DNA of 63,843 nt, from positions 69,750,158-69,814,000 of the forward strand of contig CM097884.1 in NCBI GenBank assembly GCA_044892505.1, written 5' to 3'. The translations under genes and the position numbers were made by a program. This document shows positions 1-12,720 of the stretch, one piece after another. This DNA is from Schmidtea nova (lineage: Eukaryota). The notes under the pieces are model-generated. The model had not been told where the DNA came from and made no database searches. It worked only from the letters and a program-made list of their open reading frames with translations. The first letter of the stretch is position 1. Each line of letters begins with the position of its first letter.

Positions 1-216
1 TATTTTGATATTTAGTAGTACAATTATTAACATGGAAAATATTTATTTAAATAAAAAGAGATCAAATGTGAAACTAAAAGATGATTATAATAATAATAAA
101 AATAAAAGATAATGATAATAATAAATAATAAATTGAGAAAATTATTAATGAAAGAAAAATGACAATTCTTAGTTGTAATTAATAGATATAAATATGTATT
201 AATAATAGGATCATAC

Positions 217-379
217 CTGGATACTGGGTCAATGAGATTGAGAATATTTTTGTTAATATTTTTGTTTATTTGGAAAAGCCCATAAATTGCAATAATAATC
301 GAGCACAGAAAATGCAAAGTGCCACATGATAATATTTTTACAATTCTTGGATACGACTGATAAATGGAATAAAAATTCT
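217..379 (-). CDS. Exon of divergent SLC30/ZnT (CDF) transporter-like gene, TM5-TM6 region
   Basis: Flanked by AG acceptor (380-381) and GTATGA donor (216). Translates (K)NFYSIYQSYPRIVKILSCGTLHFLCSIIIAIYGLF...NLIDPVS, which aligns by eye with ZnT1 RGVFLHVLGDALGSVIVV...YLDP. Confidence 0.6.
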
Positions 380-421
380 CTAAATTATAATAACAAAAAC
401 CAGAACAAGTGATAGATTAAC

Positions 422-545
422 TGTAAAATCCCATCAACAATGATCTGGGGTTCCCATTTTTAACAATTATAGTTTCATTTTCAGCTTTTATACAAATGGA
501 ATTAGAAACATCTGAAGGAAATCTCCGAAGTGATTGAGAATTGAA
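422..545 (-). CDS. Exon of ZnT-like gene, TM4-TM5 loop
   Basis: 124 nt exon with phase-0 start. A 42-nt GT-AG intron (380-421) removes an in-frame TAA and joins it in frame to exon 217-379. Confidence 0.55.
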
Positions 546-1579
546 CTAAATATTTTTATCTATAAATTAAATAAAGAACGTATTTAAAATTAAACAAATA
601 TGTCTAGTAATAATCAGGGCTAGATCAAGGGATGTTACATGCCCTAGACCCTTTTGTATTTGGTCTTCCTCATCAATTCCTCATAGAAAAGACAATTGAG
701 TACAATGCTTTCCTAGCAATATCGTGTGAAATAAAAATGAAGACAAAAGTAGAAATATCATAAATATAGACACTCATTCTAAGATTTTTTAATCCACATA
801 TTTCTGAATTTTAATGTTAGAATGATCTTCAAATTTATATAGGATATTCGTTTGTACTAGATATTCAGTTGCTAATGAGAAGGCACAATTAGAGATATCG
901 GACCGTGATGGATGTAGACACACTCATACCCCGTTATACGGCCGCTCACATTCAATTTACAACCCAAAAATCTTCAATATACGAGTAGGGGATAGTGAGC
1001 TTTCTGGGCCAAGTCATTTATCCCTAAACTGTGTATATTACATAATAATCACACAGTTCCCCGTTAAATAAAGTTACGTTATTGATATGTAAGCATTACA
1101 TAATTATTTCATAATTATTATGCAGTAAATGAGATGTTACGTAATTTTATATAAAACTTTAAATTCTTGCATAATACAATAATTATTTTACAACTGATGA
1201 TGTAATACTGAAATTTATTAATTTTTATTTATTTTTTCATAATTTTTACAAAAAATATTTAAAAATATAATTTTTTCAAAATTTTTTCCAAAACTTTCAA
1301 AATTGCTCAGATTTAAATAATTTTTATACCAATCTACTGAGAATTCAATGACGAACAAAAAAGGATCAAAAAGTAAAAACATGAAAAATTGGTCTTCTCC
1401 GGCAAATTTAACATGAAAAAACCTTACTTGGTTAAAAATGTTTAAAATTCAAGAACTTTTACATTTAAATAATCACAATTTAACGCTCAACAATAAAAAG
1501 TAATATTAACTAGAAAAACAACAAAAAACACAAAGTATTTAAAAAAAATAAAACTTTATTTAAATAAATCTTCTCATCT

Positions 1580-3464
1580 TCAGGCAAATTGTTCATCAGC
1601 AGCATCTTCACGCACCCCCTCCATAACCACATCAATTCCCTTATAATGTCCATAAGACAGACTAACATTTTTTCCTACCCAAAGTCTTTTGTCGTCAAGA
1701 TTAGTCAAGGCAATCTTAGAAGATTTATTAGTAAAGAGTTGATGATTCTTACTAACAATTCTCGACTGATTAACAGAAACTATTGAATTATTATTATAAC
1801 AATCCAGATACGACTGATGATTCAGTTTAGTATCCTTCAATGTTATACCCTTAGCCTTAATGCACTCTTCATCACCTAAAAAAATATAACACTTTGGCCA
1901 AAGAAACACCCACTCATCATACTTGAATCCTTTATTCTCGTCTTTGAATTTACCAATGACGGAATCTAGGGTTTTCGAGTTCAAGGTATGATCTGGGTCA
2001 TAATTCGAAGTATCTAATAACCTATCCCTAACCATAGCAGATAAAAGAATATCCAACTTACAATTCTTAACTTCCAAGAAGAAAGAATCTGTATCACCAG
2101 CAACGATGTTAATTTCGCAGTTGAATTCATTACGATATTTTTGTAATTTTTCATACTGCAGTTGATACATCCTAAGTTTAGATAAATCCAGTACAGTTTG
2201 GCCAATGTAGCTGGGTCTATCTAAACACACAGAGTCCTTATTAAGCAAGACAGAAAGTAGGTCATCGTCAATTGTATAAGTTTTTTAAAGGTAGGTTTTG
2301 AAGTATATGTAATCAGTTTTGATTCTGAATTACATAGTCGTAAATTGAGTCGTTTTTTAAGATTTTCAACAGTTTTCCCATAAATATTATTATTCAAGAG
2401 TTTGTAATAGTTTTTATCTAAAGCCGTAGAAGAAGCTGCCCTAAGTTCAGTGTTCGTATCAATATATTTTTTAAAGATAGGTTTCTGTTTGTACTGAACA
2501 GCCCGATGAACTCGTGTTATTTTAACACCCAAAGAAACAAAAAGCTTGAGAAGCCTCCAATGAACAACATAGTTGAACTTTGGATAATGCGTAAGCATTA
2601 ACTTCTCAACTTTTGAACCGGGAGCACACATTTTCTCTGCTGCTACCGGGAAATCATTTAATTTATCGTGAATTTCTGAAGGGATTTCAAGATCCACTTC
2701 AAAAGTCACGCCATAAGTCAAAATAACCAAATCAGCATCCATTAATTTTATTTATTTATTTAATTTATTTTGATCTGTGATCCAACTTAATTCCCCATAA
2801 GGTAATTTTTGAATTAAAGCCCACACGTATAAATTATTTTTGTCAATATATAAAAGTTCAGTCGTTTCGGAGGATACTACATGATGCTTGTTGACAAATG
2901 TCAAACCACCACGGATCCCCCCTTCGAAAAAATTATAAATCTCCATATCCTGGAGCAACTCAATAGGTTCATCCAAAGTAATAAGCGCAGAAGCCCACGA
3001 CATACCTGGAATCCCCAAGAAATTCAAAGGCTCAAGTCTATTGTGAGCTATAAATTTAGCCCTAAACTGTTGAAAGAAATCAGCAAGAAGAAAAACATCC
3101 AGTTTTAGGTAGACCATCAGATAGTCACACAGAATTTGACACTGGGATTCTCTCCAAATCACCTATGCCTTGTCATATTCGTCTTGTTTAACACCTTCCC
3201 ATTTTGGTGGCAACTCATAAGTGTTGTTAAGTATTTCTAAAGATGTTGCAAAATCATAAGGAAAAATACCCTTACAATCAACAATAGTCCCGGTGAATTC
3301 AGATCTAGTCAAAGGCAAACAAGTAAGAGTCTTAACGGCGTCATTTAAGCTAGAGTTAACAAACTGGAGAGAATCGATGAATTTAATAGTCAAATCACCA
3401 ACCCTTGCAGATAAAGTTAAAAATTTTTCGCTAGTTGTAGGAATACAAGAAATTTTCCAAGTTT
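1580..3464 (-). pseudogene. Protein-primed family B DNA polymerase (Polinton pPolB), ExoII to C-terminus, disrupted
   Basis: Motifs FIDS, KGIFPY, IRGGLT, YIDKNNLY, KLLNNNIYGK, LDLSKLRMY, GDTDSF, GKFKDE, KAKG, DDKR, YGHY are spread over ORFs 3163-3393, 2752-3162, 2221-2742 and 1580-2248. Confidence 0.92.
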
Positions 3465-4176
3465 CATTATTTAAAGGGCTATGACTTGCACAATATTCTT
3501 AAATGTGGTTTGGCTAATTTCAAAACTTGGATAATTTCTTGTATTCCTACAACTAGCGGACTCTGTGTGTTTAAATAGCTACATTGGTCAAACTCTACTG
3601 GATTTATCTAAACTTAGGATGTATCAACTCCAGAATGAAGAAATACAAAAATATCGTAATGAATTCAACTGTGAGATTGGCATAGTCGCTGGTGATACAT
3701 ATTCTTTCTTCTTGGAAGTTAAGAATTGTAAGTTGGATATTCTTTTATCTGCTATGGTTAGGGATAGGTTATTAGATACTCTGAATTATGACCCAAATCA
3801 TACCTTGAACTCGAAAACCCTAGATTCCGTCATTGGTAAATTCAAAGACGAGAATAAAGGATTCAAGTATGATGAGTGGGTGTTTCTTAGGCCAGTGTTA
3901 TATTTTTTAGGTGATGAAGAGTGCACTAAGGCTAAGGGTATAACATTGAAGGATACTAAACTGAATCATCAGTCGTATCTGGATTGTTATAATAATAATT
4001 CAATAGTTTCTGTTAATCAGTCGAGAATTGTTAGTAAGAATCATCAACTCTTTACTAATAAATCTTCTAAGATTGCCTTGACTAATCTTGACGACAAAAG
4101 ACTTTGGGTAGGAAAAAATGTTAGTCTGTCTTATGGACATTATAAGGGAATTGATGTGGTTATGGGGGGTGCGTGA
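3465..4176 (+). pseudogene. Second, internally deleted pPolB copy in opposite orientation
   Basis: 3465-3558 encodes HYLKGYDLHNIL...ISCIPTTS (ExoII) and is fused directly to the C-terminal DSVCLN...SYGHY segment, which is the reverse complement of 1580-2236. Confidence 0.88.
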
Positions 4177-5338
4177 AGATGCTGCTGATGAATAATTTGC
4201 CTGAAGATGAGAAGATTTATTTAAATAAAGTTTTATTTTTTTTTAAAATACTTTGTGTTTTTTGTTGTTTTTCTAGTTAATATTACTTTTTATTGTTGAG
4301 CGTTAAATTGTGATTATTTAAATGTAAAAGTTCTTGAATTTTAACCATTTTTAACCAAGTAAGGTTTTTTCATGTTAAATTTGCCGGAGAAGACCAATTT
4401 TTCATGTTTTTACTTTTTGACCCTTTTTTGTTCGCCATTGAATTCTCAGTAGATTGGTATAAAAATTATTTAAATCTGAGCATTTTTGAAAGTTTTGGAA
4501 AAAATTTTGAAAAAATTAATTTATTTTATATTTTTTGTAAAAATATGAAAAAATAAATAAAAATTAATAAATTTCAGTAGTACATCATAATTTGCATAAA
4601 AATTTATATGAAGTTACGTAACATCCAATTTGCTGCATAATGATTACGTAGTAACGGCGCAATGGTTACGCAATGATAAGATAATAATTATGCGATAATT
4701 ACGTAATAACAACGTAATGAATACGTAATGGTTACATTATATAAAAAGCAATACGAAATTTTGGGGGTGGGTGGGGGAACTGTATAATATATACAGTCTA
4801 GGGAAAAATGGCTTGGTCCAGAAACCTCACTATCCCCTACTTATACGGCTATCAAAACAGGCAAAAACGAATACTTACTAACAAAAAAGGCTGATATGAT
4901 GTTTGGATTGTTTCATTAAACGGCATTTCGCTTTATGGACGATTTTTTAGGAACGTATCTAGCGCGTAAAACAAGGTATTGGTATTGGAGTTATTTGTAA
5001 TGATTTACTCTTTTACTTTGCAAATTTTTTTAAAAACTATATTTTTCTTTTGTTTTAATTTGATACATTAGACTAATTTGACCAATTAGAATATGATTTT
5101 GAGTGGAAATATCTGGTGTCATATAGAAATTATAAAGAAAATTGAAATCTTAAAGTTTGATTGCCTTTTTTTCAAAAAAATAGAAAGTTTTATTTTAGCA
5201 ACTTCAAACATATGAATTTAACAATTAAAATTCTTTCAAAAACACATTATACTTCTAATAGCCCAGCGGTTTTTGTCTGTTTGTGCGTAACGCTAAATCA
5301 AAGTAATATAAATATTTTTAATAAAAATAAATAAATAA

Positions 5339-5395
<57 letters not shown>

Positions 5396-5400
<5 letters not shown>

Positions 5401-5641
5401 ATTATTATCAATAATTCTCATAATGATGACTATAGATCAAAAAAAATTTTTTTTTTAAAAATACCACAATATTTCGGCACAGCCTTTATCAAGTGTGTAT
5501 TTCATATACACACTTGATAAAGGCTGTGCCGAAATATTGTGGTATTGTTTAAAAAATATTTTTTTGATCTATAGTCATCATTATGAGAATTATTGATAAT
5601 AATAATAAAAAAAAGATTAAAGGTGAAAAAAGATAATTATG

Positions 5642-5646
<5 letters not shown>
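5396..5646. repeat. Fold-back (hairpin) MITE-like element between (TA)n tracts
   Basis: Near-perfect arms of about 95 bp around AAGTGTGTAT-TTCAT-ATACACACTT. Same family at 40836-40973, 51099-51328 and 54217-54425, with diverged copies near 1-120, 16945-17105 and 51955-52175. Confidence 0.85.
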
Positions 5647-5702
<56 letters not shown>

Positions 5703-6211
5703 TCGGTAGTGGGGTTACTGGATATCCCATCAGAATCTGAAATTTGATGCATAACGTTACCGATGAATTGCATGAGAATAGAAATCAACAGTTAGACTAA
5801 ATTCACAGGTTAATTGTTGATTAAATATTAGGAAATATGTTTAAAAGACCTCGAAGTAGTAAAGTTGATAAAGGCCGCGAATGAAACTACTGATTATTTG
5901 TAATCGACATCTGATGATGAAATAGCGATAGAAATCACGTAATAGAGGTCCATAATGATACTTATAAACAAAAATAACTTCAGATATGCTAGATAAGTTC
6001 AGAATGTGAAAATGACAGCCGGATATTCAACTGATTAATGACATCATTACTTTATTTGTATTCACATAAATCAAATTTTGATTTTTCCCATGTAAATTTT
6101 GATACTAAAATAACTTTCGAAAACAATTTTAGTTTATTTCAGTATAATTGAATTAGAAAATATTCGGACTTATTATTATTTCCACGACTTTTCCATCATA
6201 TATTGAGGTGG

Positions 6212-6423
6212 AGACTACTGAAAGAATACATTGTATTCTTTAATCCTTACTTTATTGACATTGTAAAATCTATAGTGTAGGATCTACACTGTAGATTATA
6301 CAATGTCGCTATATTACACCTACATCTACGGTCAATATAAATTTCATTATATGGAAGAGGGGTTCATTTAAAATTTCCTAGGCTTGAAGGAGGTCGCTAT
6401 ATGAAAACGTTTAAGAAGCCCTG
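6212..6423 (-). mobile_element. Truncated copy of the hAT MITE at 7435-7672
   Basis: Reverse complement of about 7435-7645, ending in AAGAAGCCCTG. Confidence 0.8.
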
Positions 6424-6681
6424 ATATTTGTATGTTACCATAAATTTTTAAAGATATTTATTTCCAAGTCTCTCATAAAACAAAACGTAGAAACTCTAAA
6501 ACATCCAATGTTATATATTAATCAAGTAGAAATCAATAAATTTTAATTTATAACTTCCAGAATGTCTATCAGTAACTGAAATCGAGACTTTAAATTTATT
6601 GAAAAACATTTGGCAGATGTCTGTTTGTTTTTAAAAAAGTAATAAAAGATAAAGCTTTGTGATACCAAGTGCAAAACCCCA

Positions 6682-6723
6682 ATAGCAAACTAGTTTCGAG
6701 CTTTTGGCTCTCGTCAGTGCTAT
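6682..6723 (-). ncRNA. Type I minimal hammerhead ribozyme (Penelope/retrozyme type)
   Basis: ATAGCA-CTGACGA-GAGC(CAAAA)GCTC-GAAA-CTAG-TT-TGCTAT. Perfect 6-bp stem I, 4-bp stem II, palindromic stem III and GUU cleavage triplet. Confidence 0.85.
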
Positions 6724-7434
6724 GCTGGAGACGCGAAAATTGCTCTTCAAATGATTGAAATAATAAAGTTAAGGCAGTCAGGTGCGCTTGCAAACAGTTT
6801 CTGTTGAACAATTTTAGTGCGCCGAAGCGAATATATATTTTCAGTAAAATGTCACTGAGTGAAAATAATTCTTGAAGGAAAATGCTATGGAAATGATACA
6901 AGAACAATATGTGTCTATATGTTTTAAAGTTTTGGACATAAGACATGCTCAAACAGCATGAGAGGTAGTCAGTAAACCGTTACAATGTGACTTCAATCCG
7001 ATGCCATAAAAACGCATCAAAATTAAATATTGTCAGGATAAGATGCATTACTAAAGTGGTATAGGATTCGACAAAAGAATTCTTTCTCTTTCATTTACAT
7101 CTCAAATCTATGTAATTTTAGTAAATTTTTTATGTTTAAGGAGTCACACGATTGTTATTTAGCGAAATTTAAAACTTGAAAGGAAGAGAAATAGTTGTTA
7201 ATGATTACATATATAACCTACAGAATCTTTGCGCAAAGTTTTATCAAAATTACATAATTTTCAAAAGATTTACATGCTGAGTCACGCTTGCAATGCAAGT
7301 CATGACGCTTTTTAGAAGTAGTTATGTTTGCGAGTAATTATTTTCCACAATGAAAATAATTAAAGGCGACAATAGATCGAAGCTAAATGAGGTAGGATTG
7401 GAAAGCTACGTGCGAGTTGTTGTGTCGTCTATAT

Positions 7435-7672
7435 CAGGGCTTCTTAAACTTTTCCATATAGCGACCCCCCTCAAGTCTAGGAAATTTTAAATGAACCCCT
7501 CTTCCATATAATGAAATTTATATTGACCGTAGATGTAGGTGTAATATCGCGACATTGTATAATCTACAGTGTAGATTCTACACTATAGATTTTACAATGT
7601 CAATAAAGTAAGGATTAAAGAATACAATGTATTCTTTCAGTAGTATCGCGACCCACAGTTTAAGAAGCCCTG
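7435..7672. mobile_element. hAT-family MITE
   Basis: TIRs CAGGGCTTCTTAAAC / GTTTAAGAAGCCCTG; exact 8-bp TSD GTCTATAT. Confidence 0.92.
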
Positions 7673-8558
7673 GTCTATATAACCAATTGGTTGCAAAGAA
7701 GCAATGCCAAATTTCTCATTAAAATTTGTTTAATAATTTTTCACATCATAATTATCTTTTGCTTTTTTTATTGCATTTCTATATTATTTTTTATAAGGTT
7801 TTTATTATGTTATTATTTTAATAGAGATAATTTGTGTTTGTTAGAAGATGGGCGTAGAATTGGGGTTTTAAAATTAAAATATTATACAGAGGGAAATGGA
7901 AAGTACAGAATAAATATACATGTGAATCGAATGGAAATGACAATTCAATAATCATTGGAAAATATCAACTTCAATGACATTATGAGTTTAGTGATTTTAT
8001 ATGATGATATTTTACTATTGATCTTATTTGACTTTTGTTTTATGATGATAATTATCTATTCATGACAATTATGTGATTAAGCTGTGACTATCTGACAATT
8101 TTTATTTTATGGGATAATTTTATTTTGTTACTGTTAATAAAATATTGTTGACAATTAATTTTTGTTATCTATCATCATGACAATTTATCAGCATGACAAT
8201 TTATAATTTGACAATTTATCGTTTGTGATCTTGCGAATATTTATTGACATTTTTATGGTGATGGACAAAATTTTATGTAATTCTGAAAGAATATTTTGTT
8301 TTGAAAATATTTTATCTAAATTAATTTTTTAAACTATTTTTAAAATGGATTATATTTTCATTTATATTTTAATATTTTCATTCAAAATTATAATAATAAA
8401 ATAAATAAATGCAGATTGTTTAAATTAATTATATTTATGACCTACAAATGTCAGCAAAATGAAATAATATTCCAAGGTTAAAAATAATTTTGAAAACAAT
8501 TGTTTTTCAAAACAATTTCAAAAAAATAATCGTTAATTTTTAAGGTTAACAATTTATT

Positions 8559-8646
<88 letters not shown>

Positions 8647-9687
8647 ATTTAATAAAACCTTTGAAACCAGTGTTTGTGTTCTTATTTATATAGGAACCTT
8701 AAGTTGGGATTTTCGGAACCTTAACATGTTTATCATCTAGTCACTGTTACTAGATTCTAGTTTTTGTATTTTAATACGTTTTTTATATGTGACTCGTACA
8801 AAATATTTTAATTTGTAGTGGTCCCGTTGTAAAAAAAGTTGCTAATATCTAGACTTACGTATTATTAGATAATAAGAGTATAAAAATTAGAATGTTATTA
8901 GATAAAAATGATAATTAGATTTAAAAAATTCCAAATATTTTAAATGTGGCACAAATATTTTCATATTTTATTAGTGTGACCCAAGCCAAAAAAAGTTAGG
9001 AATCAGTGGTATACAATGCTGTATGAACCCCTATACATAAATTAGGTGAAGTAAGCGTTTACAGAGTGAAGGTTTATCAACGACACGTGCAAAACATCGA
9101 ATATCTAAGATATAGAATATTTTATTATTACAATATATTCTATTTATTACAATATTTCGATAAAAACGTTATTATATAATTATATATAATTATATATTAT
9201 ATAATTATATATAATTATATATAATTGGAGTTATTTTTTAAATACTTGTTATCGATACCCTTGGTCGTTTGTTTGCAAATTTTTCACTGTGAAGGCAAAA
9301 AATCTAAACTTATGCATGTTATATATTTATTTTAAAACATTTTTAACAAAATAAATACACACTTAAAAATCCTGTACCGAAATTTCGTGTATAGACCCAT
9401 AGTCTATAAAAAGATAAAAATAAAAAGCTCAAAAATAATAAATGATGTAAATGAAAATATTTTTATTACTAGTGATAGATTTAACCTTGGTGATTATTGC
9501 TTATTTTAATATATGTTGAATGTTTTTGACAAAATACAAATAAGTGTTCTTAATTTCTAATTTTAAAATATAACAATAATATTGTATTCAGATGAAATTA
9601 TAATTAGAGATAAACATAAAAAAAATAAATGTGTGAAGTATTACACGATAATAAATATTTATTATACATTAAAATTATTTTCTAGAG

Positions 9688-9983
9688 CAGGGATGGGCAA
9701 ACTACGGCCCGCAGGCTGCATGCGGCCCGCTAAGACCAAGTTAGATTTCTTTTAAAAAATTAAAAAATAAAATTTCAACAGAGTTTATTTATTTTTCAAG
9801 CAAATATGTGTAATGTACCTTTCAACCTTAAAATAATAAATGGGGGAACATTGTTTTTTCTTCAAAAACCTTCTATTTTATAGCTATTATCAATATTAAT
9901 TATTTCACTTTTATACTATGCGGCCCTTCAAAATTTTGAAATTATGTATGCAGCCCGTGTACTAAAAAGTTTGCCCACTCCTG
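9688..9983. mobile_element. hAT (Charlie-like) MITE
   Basis: TIRs CAGGGATGGGCAAACT / AGTTTGCCCACTCCTG, GCGGCCC subterminal motifs, exact 8-bp TSD TTCTAGAG. Confidence 0.92.
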
Positions 9984-10031
9984 TTCTAGAGAAATTATTT
10001 ATAGTAATGTAACTAAAGTAATTACTTAGAC

Positions 10032-10447
10032 CAGGGTTGGCCAACCCGAGGCTCATGAGCCGCATGTGGCTCATTACAAGAAAATTTGCGGCTCACAAAA
10101 CAGTTTATAAATATTTTTTAAATATACTAAAAATCAAAAAAAATAATTAAAGCAAGATATATATAACTGAATCACCATTTTCAGTGTAAATGAAAATTTT
10201 ATTTTATTTTCCCTTCATTTAACTTATCCAAAATCAATATCAGTAATTCTTTTTAGTAACCTCGACATGTACTGATTTTTCAACTATTAACCAATATATT
10301 CATATAAAATAAAAATTTATTGTAATGTATTATAATAAAGAAATGAATTAAAATTTATTTAAAACACTGTTTTTTGTGGATTTTTTGCGGCTCATGAAAT
10401 TTTAAACTTTTTTGGGTACTTCATTCGATTAAGAATGGCCAGGCCTG
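10032..10447. mobile_element. hAT MITE
   Basis: Ends CAGGGTTGGCCA...TGGCCAGGCCTG, GCGGCTC motifs, exact 8-bp TSD ACTTAGAC. Confidence 0.9.
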
Positions 10448-11700
10448 ACTTAGACATTAAAAATCTTTACAAAAATACGCTTGTATTAGTAGCAGCATGC
10501 ACAGTAAAATTCATTGTGTTACATGTGAGTTTATAAATGCAATTTAATACCAACCAGAAAATTATCTGTATTTATCTTTCCAAATTCACCATTTAATAAT
10601 ATAAGGAACGATGATATTTATTAATGGGATTTTAACTTTTTTATTATTCCACGATCATTAGATTGTATAATTGAGTTCAGATTTGATAAATTCTAACAAA
10701 GGTGTTATCGAGACCGTTCAAAAAATGCTGGACAATTGCCCGTTTTCTGTTATATAAAAATAAAATTTCATTCTGATTGTAAAGTAATTGTTTTTTTAAG
10801 AAGTAACCATTTTTTCTGAATGACTATTTGTCTCAAAGTGTCATTTAGCCCTAAAAATAGCTCATATTATCTGTATAAATTTGAAGGACCAGATTTTTGA
10901 CTGAAAAAGACTAACTTAAAGTAACAATTTATATTAAAAGTTGATTGCAAATATTTTTTATTACTGAGAAAAACAAATGTGAATAAAAATACACAAATTA
11001 AAATTTACAATAAAATTTGTTTTAATCATGTCACCTTGATTATTATTCATTACTTAATTTTATAGCTGATTTTTTTAATCTTGTATTTATCTTTTTTATG
11101 AATCAGACACGAATTTTTTGCATAACCATTCTTAATATTTTAATTAATATTTATGTCTACTTTTTTAAATTCACAAATTCTTAAAAAAGGTTGTATTGAT
11201 TAAATATTATTGATTTAATAGAAATCATATTATCTAAACATCTCTTATTTTCATTTTTGATCTTTTAGTTTCTATTTCAAAAATTTTCAATTTTTTTCAT
11301 AAATCAAAATATTTTGATAAAGACTAGTCTTTATAAAAAATGAGAAATCATACTAAAGCATATTAACATCTTCAATTTTCGTCTCCTTTGACATTTTTTC
11401 CAATTTCATATATTTTCTTCTGGATTTAGTACCTTAAAATTGAGATATATGAAATAGAAATCCTATTATCCAGAAGACCAAATGGGCCAATTCATTACTG
11501 GAAGGTTGTGAAAATTAAAATTCTAATCTTATTTCATATTAGCCACAGAGATTATGGCGAATGCATAAATATATAACACGATTATTTAATACAAGAATAT
11601 ATAAAAAACTATGAATTCTTATAGAGTTTCTGGAATAGAAATTAATGTATATTTTGGGATATCAAATTATGTATGTGAACCACACGCAATAATAAATTAA

Positions 11701-12720
11701 CCCATTTTTACCTAGTTTTCAGCATGTAGCTCCAAAACATATTAATTTTTCTGTACGAATTTCCGGTCGTTTTTCTACATGTTAACGTTATCATAAAACG
11801 AATTTTGCTGTTTAATTTTATCCAAGTATGATATTATTGCAGACTTAAAATGCCAGTTTATTAAATGTTAAAGCTGTGTTTAAAAATGTACTATTTCGTT
11901 AAGTCACACGTGAATTGTAAAGCAATTTTTTTAATACTGTTCTTAATCCTCTAAAGAATTTTTCTATTCGCTATTTCTTTAAAGCAGCATCCATCACAAT
12001 TCTCATAAGCGTATTTCTTAGCTCTCCTATAAATGTGGCACTAGCCACCTGACAGTATAACTGCATGTTTTAAGTAACTTGTACTTGTTCAATGAAAGGT
12101 TCGCATGTCAACAATGATTTATGCTATTCATCAGTTTTATTCAAAATAATTTTATTTTGTAGTTCAGCTAATTAATAGAATTATGTAATAATAGATTATA
12201 ATTTGACAACATTATATAATATTTTTTTAGTTTTAATGGTACGAACAAAGCATTATCCAAATGCAAAAGAAGTAGCCCAGAAGTTACTAAGTGATAAGGG
12301 GAAGGATGTTACGGTTGTCTCCTCAAAGACAGTGGATGACTTATCGGAAGATAATAACATTGGAGAAGAAACTATTAAGAATGCTGTGCTGGTTGGTGAT
12401 GTTTCTGGGGATTTTGAAGTTATTGCGGATGATGAAGGATTTGAGCATGAAGATGACACAGAAAAATACGCTAGCAAAGTGGCAACATCCAACAATGAAT
12501 TTCCCTCGTGTTGTAAAATAATCTTTCAAGAAGGAATAAATTGACGGAGTTATAAGCAACACTATATTGCAAATGAAGTACAATTGTTTGAGGAATTCTT
12601 ATCAGAAGACATTATCAATCATATTGTTTATCAATTACATCTGAATGGTTCTTAACATAATGTTCACAATGTGAAAATTGATGAAACTGATTTTAAAAAA
12701 TATAATTGATATAAGTTATT
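11701..12720 (+). mobile_element. piggyBac remnant (left end and 5' part of transposase)
   Basis: TTAA|CCCATTTTTACC terminus. ORF 12203-12544 has a PGBD-like acidic N-terminus (VDDLSEDNNI...GDVSGDFEV), followed after a stop by QLFEEFLSEDIINHIVYQ, resembling ELFELFFTDEIINHIV. Confidence 0.65.

Larger units (their letters stand above)
984..4841. mobile_element. Non-autonomous palindromic Polinton/Maverick derivative
   Basis: Termini AGTAGGGGATAGTGAG...CTCACTATCCCCTACT. Exact 6-bp TSD TATACG (978-983 and 4842-4847). About 1.25 kb inverted arms. Contains protein-primed PolB motifs. Confidence 0.9.

Noticed and set aside
1194-1215. CTGATGA...GAAA resembling a hammerhead core in the Polinton arm
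   Set aside because: No stem II or stem I pairing, and the core is not conserved in the opposite arm.
5549-5788. ORFs with YIYIYI runs (also 50677-50865) and ORFs spanning N gaps
   Set aside because: Translation artefacts of (TA)n microsatellites and assembly gaps.
5909-5945. CTGATGATGAAA motif
   Set aside because: No supporting stems; more likely decayed coding sequence (SDDEIAIEIT).
11460-11700. Hydrophobic reading frames suggesting an extra membrane-protein exon or a NUMT
   Set aside because: Stops in all frames under the standard code, and no recognisable mitochondrial gene under alternative codes.
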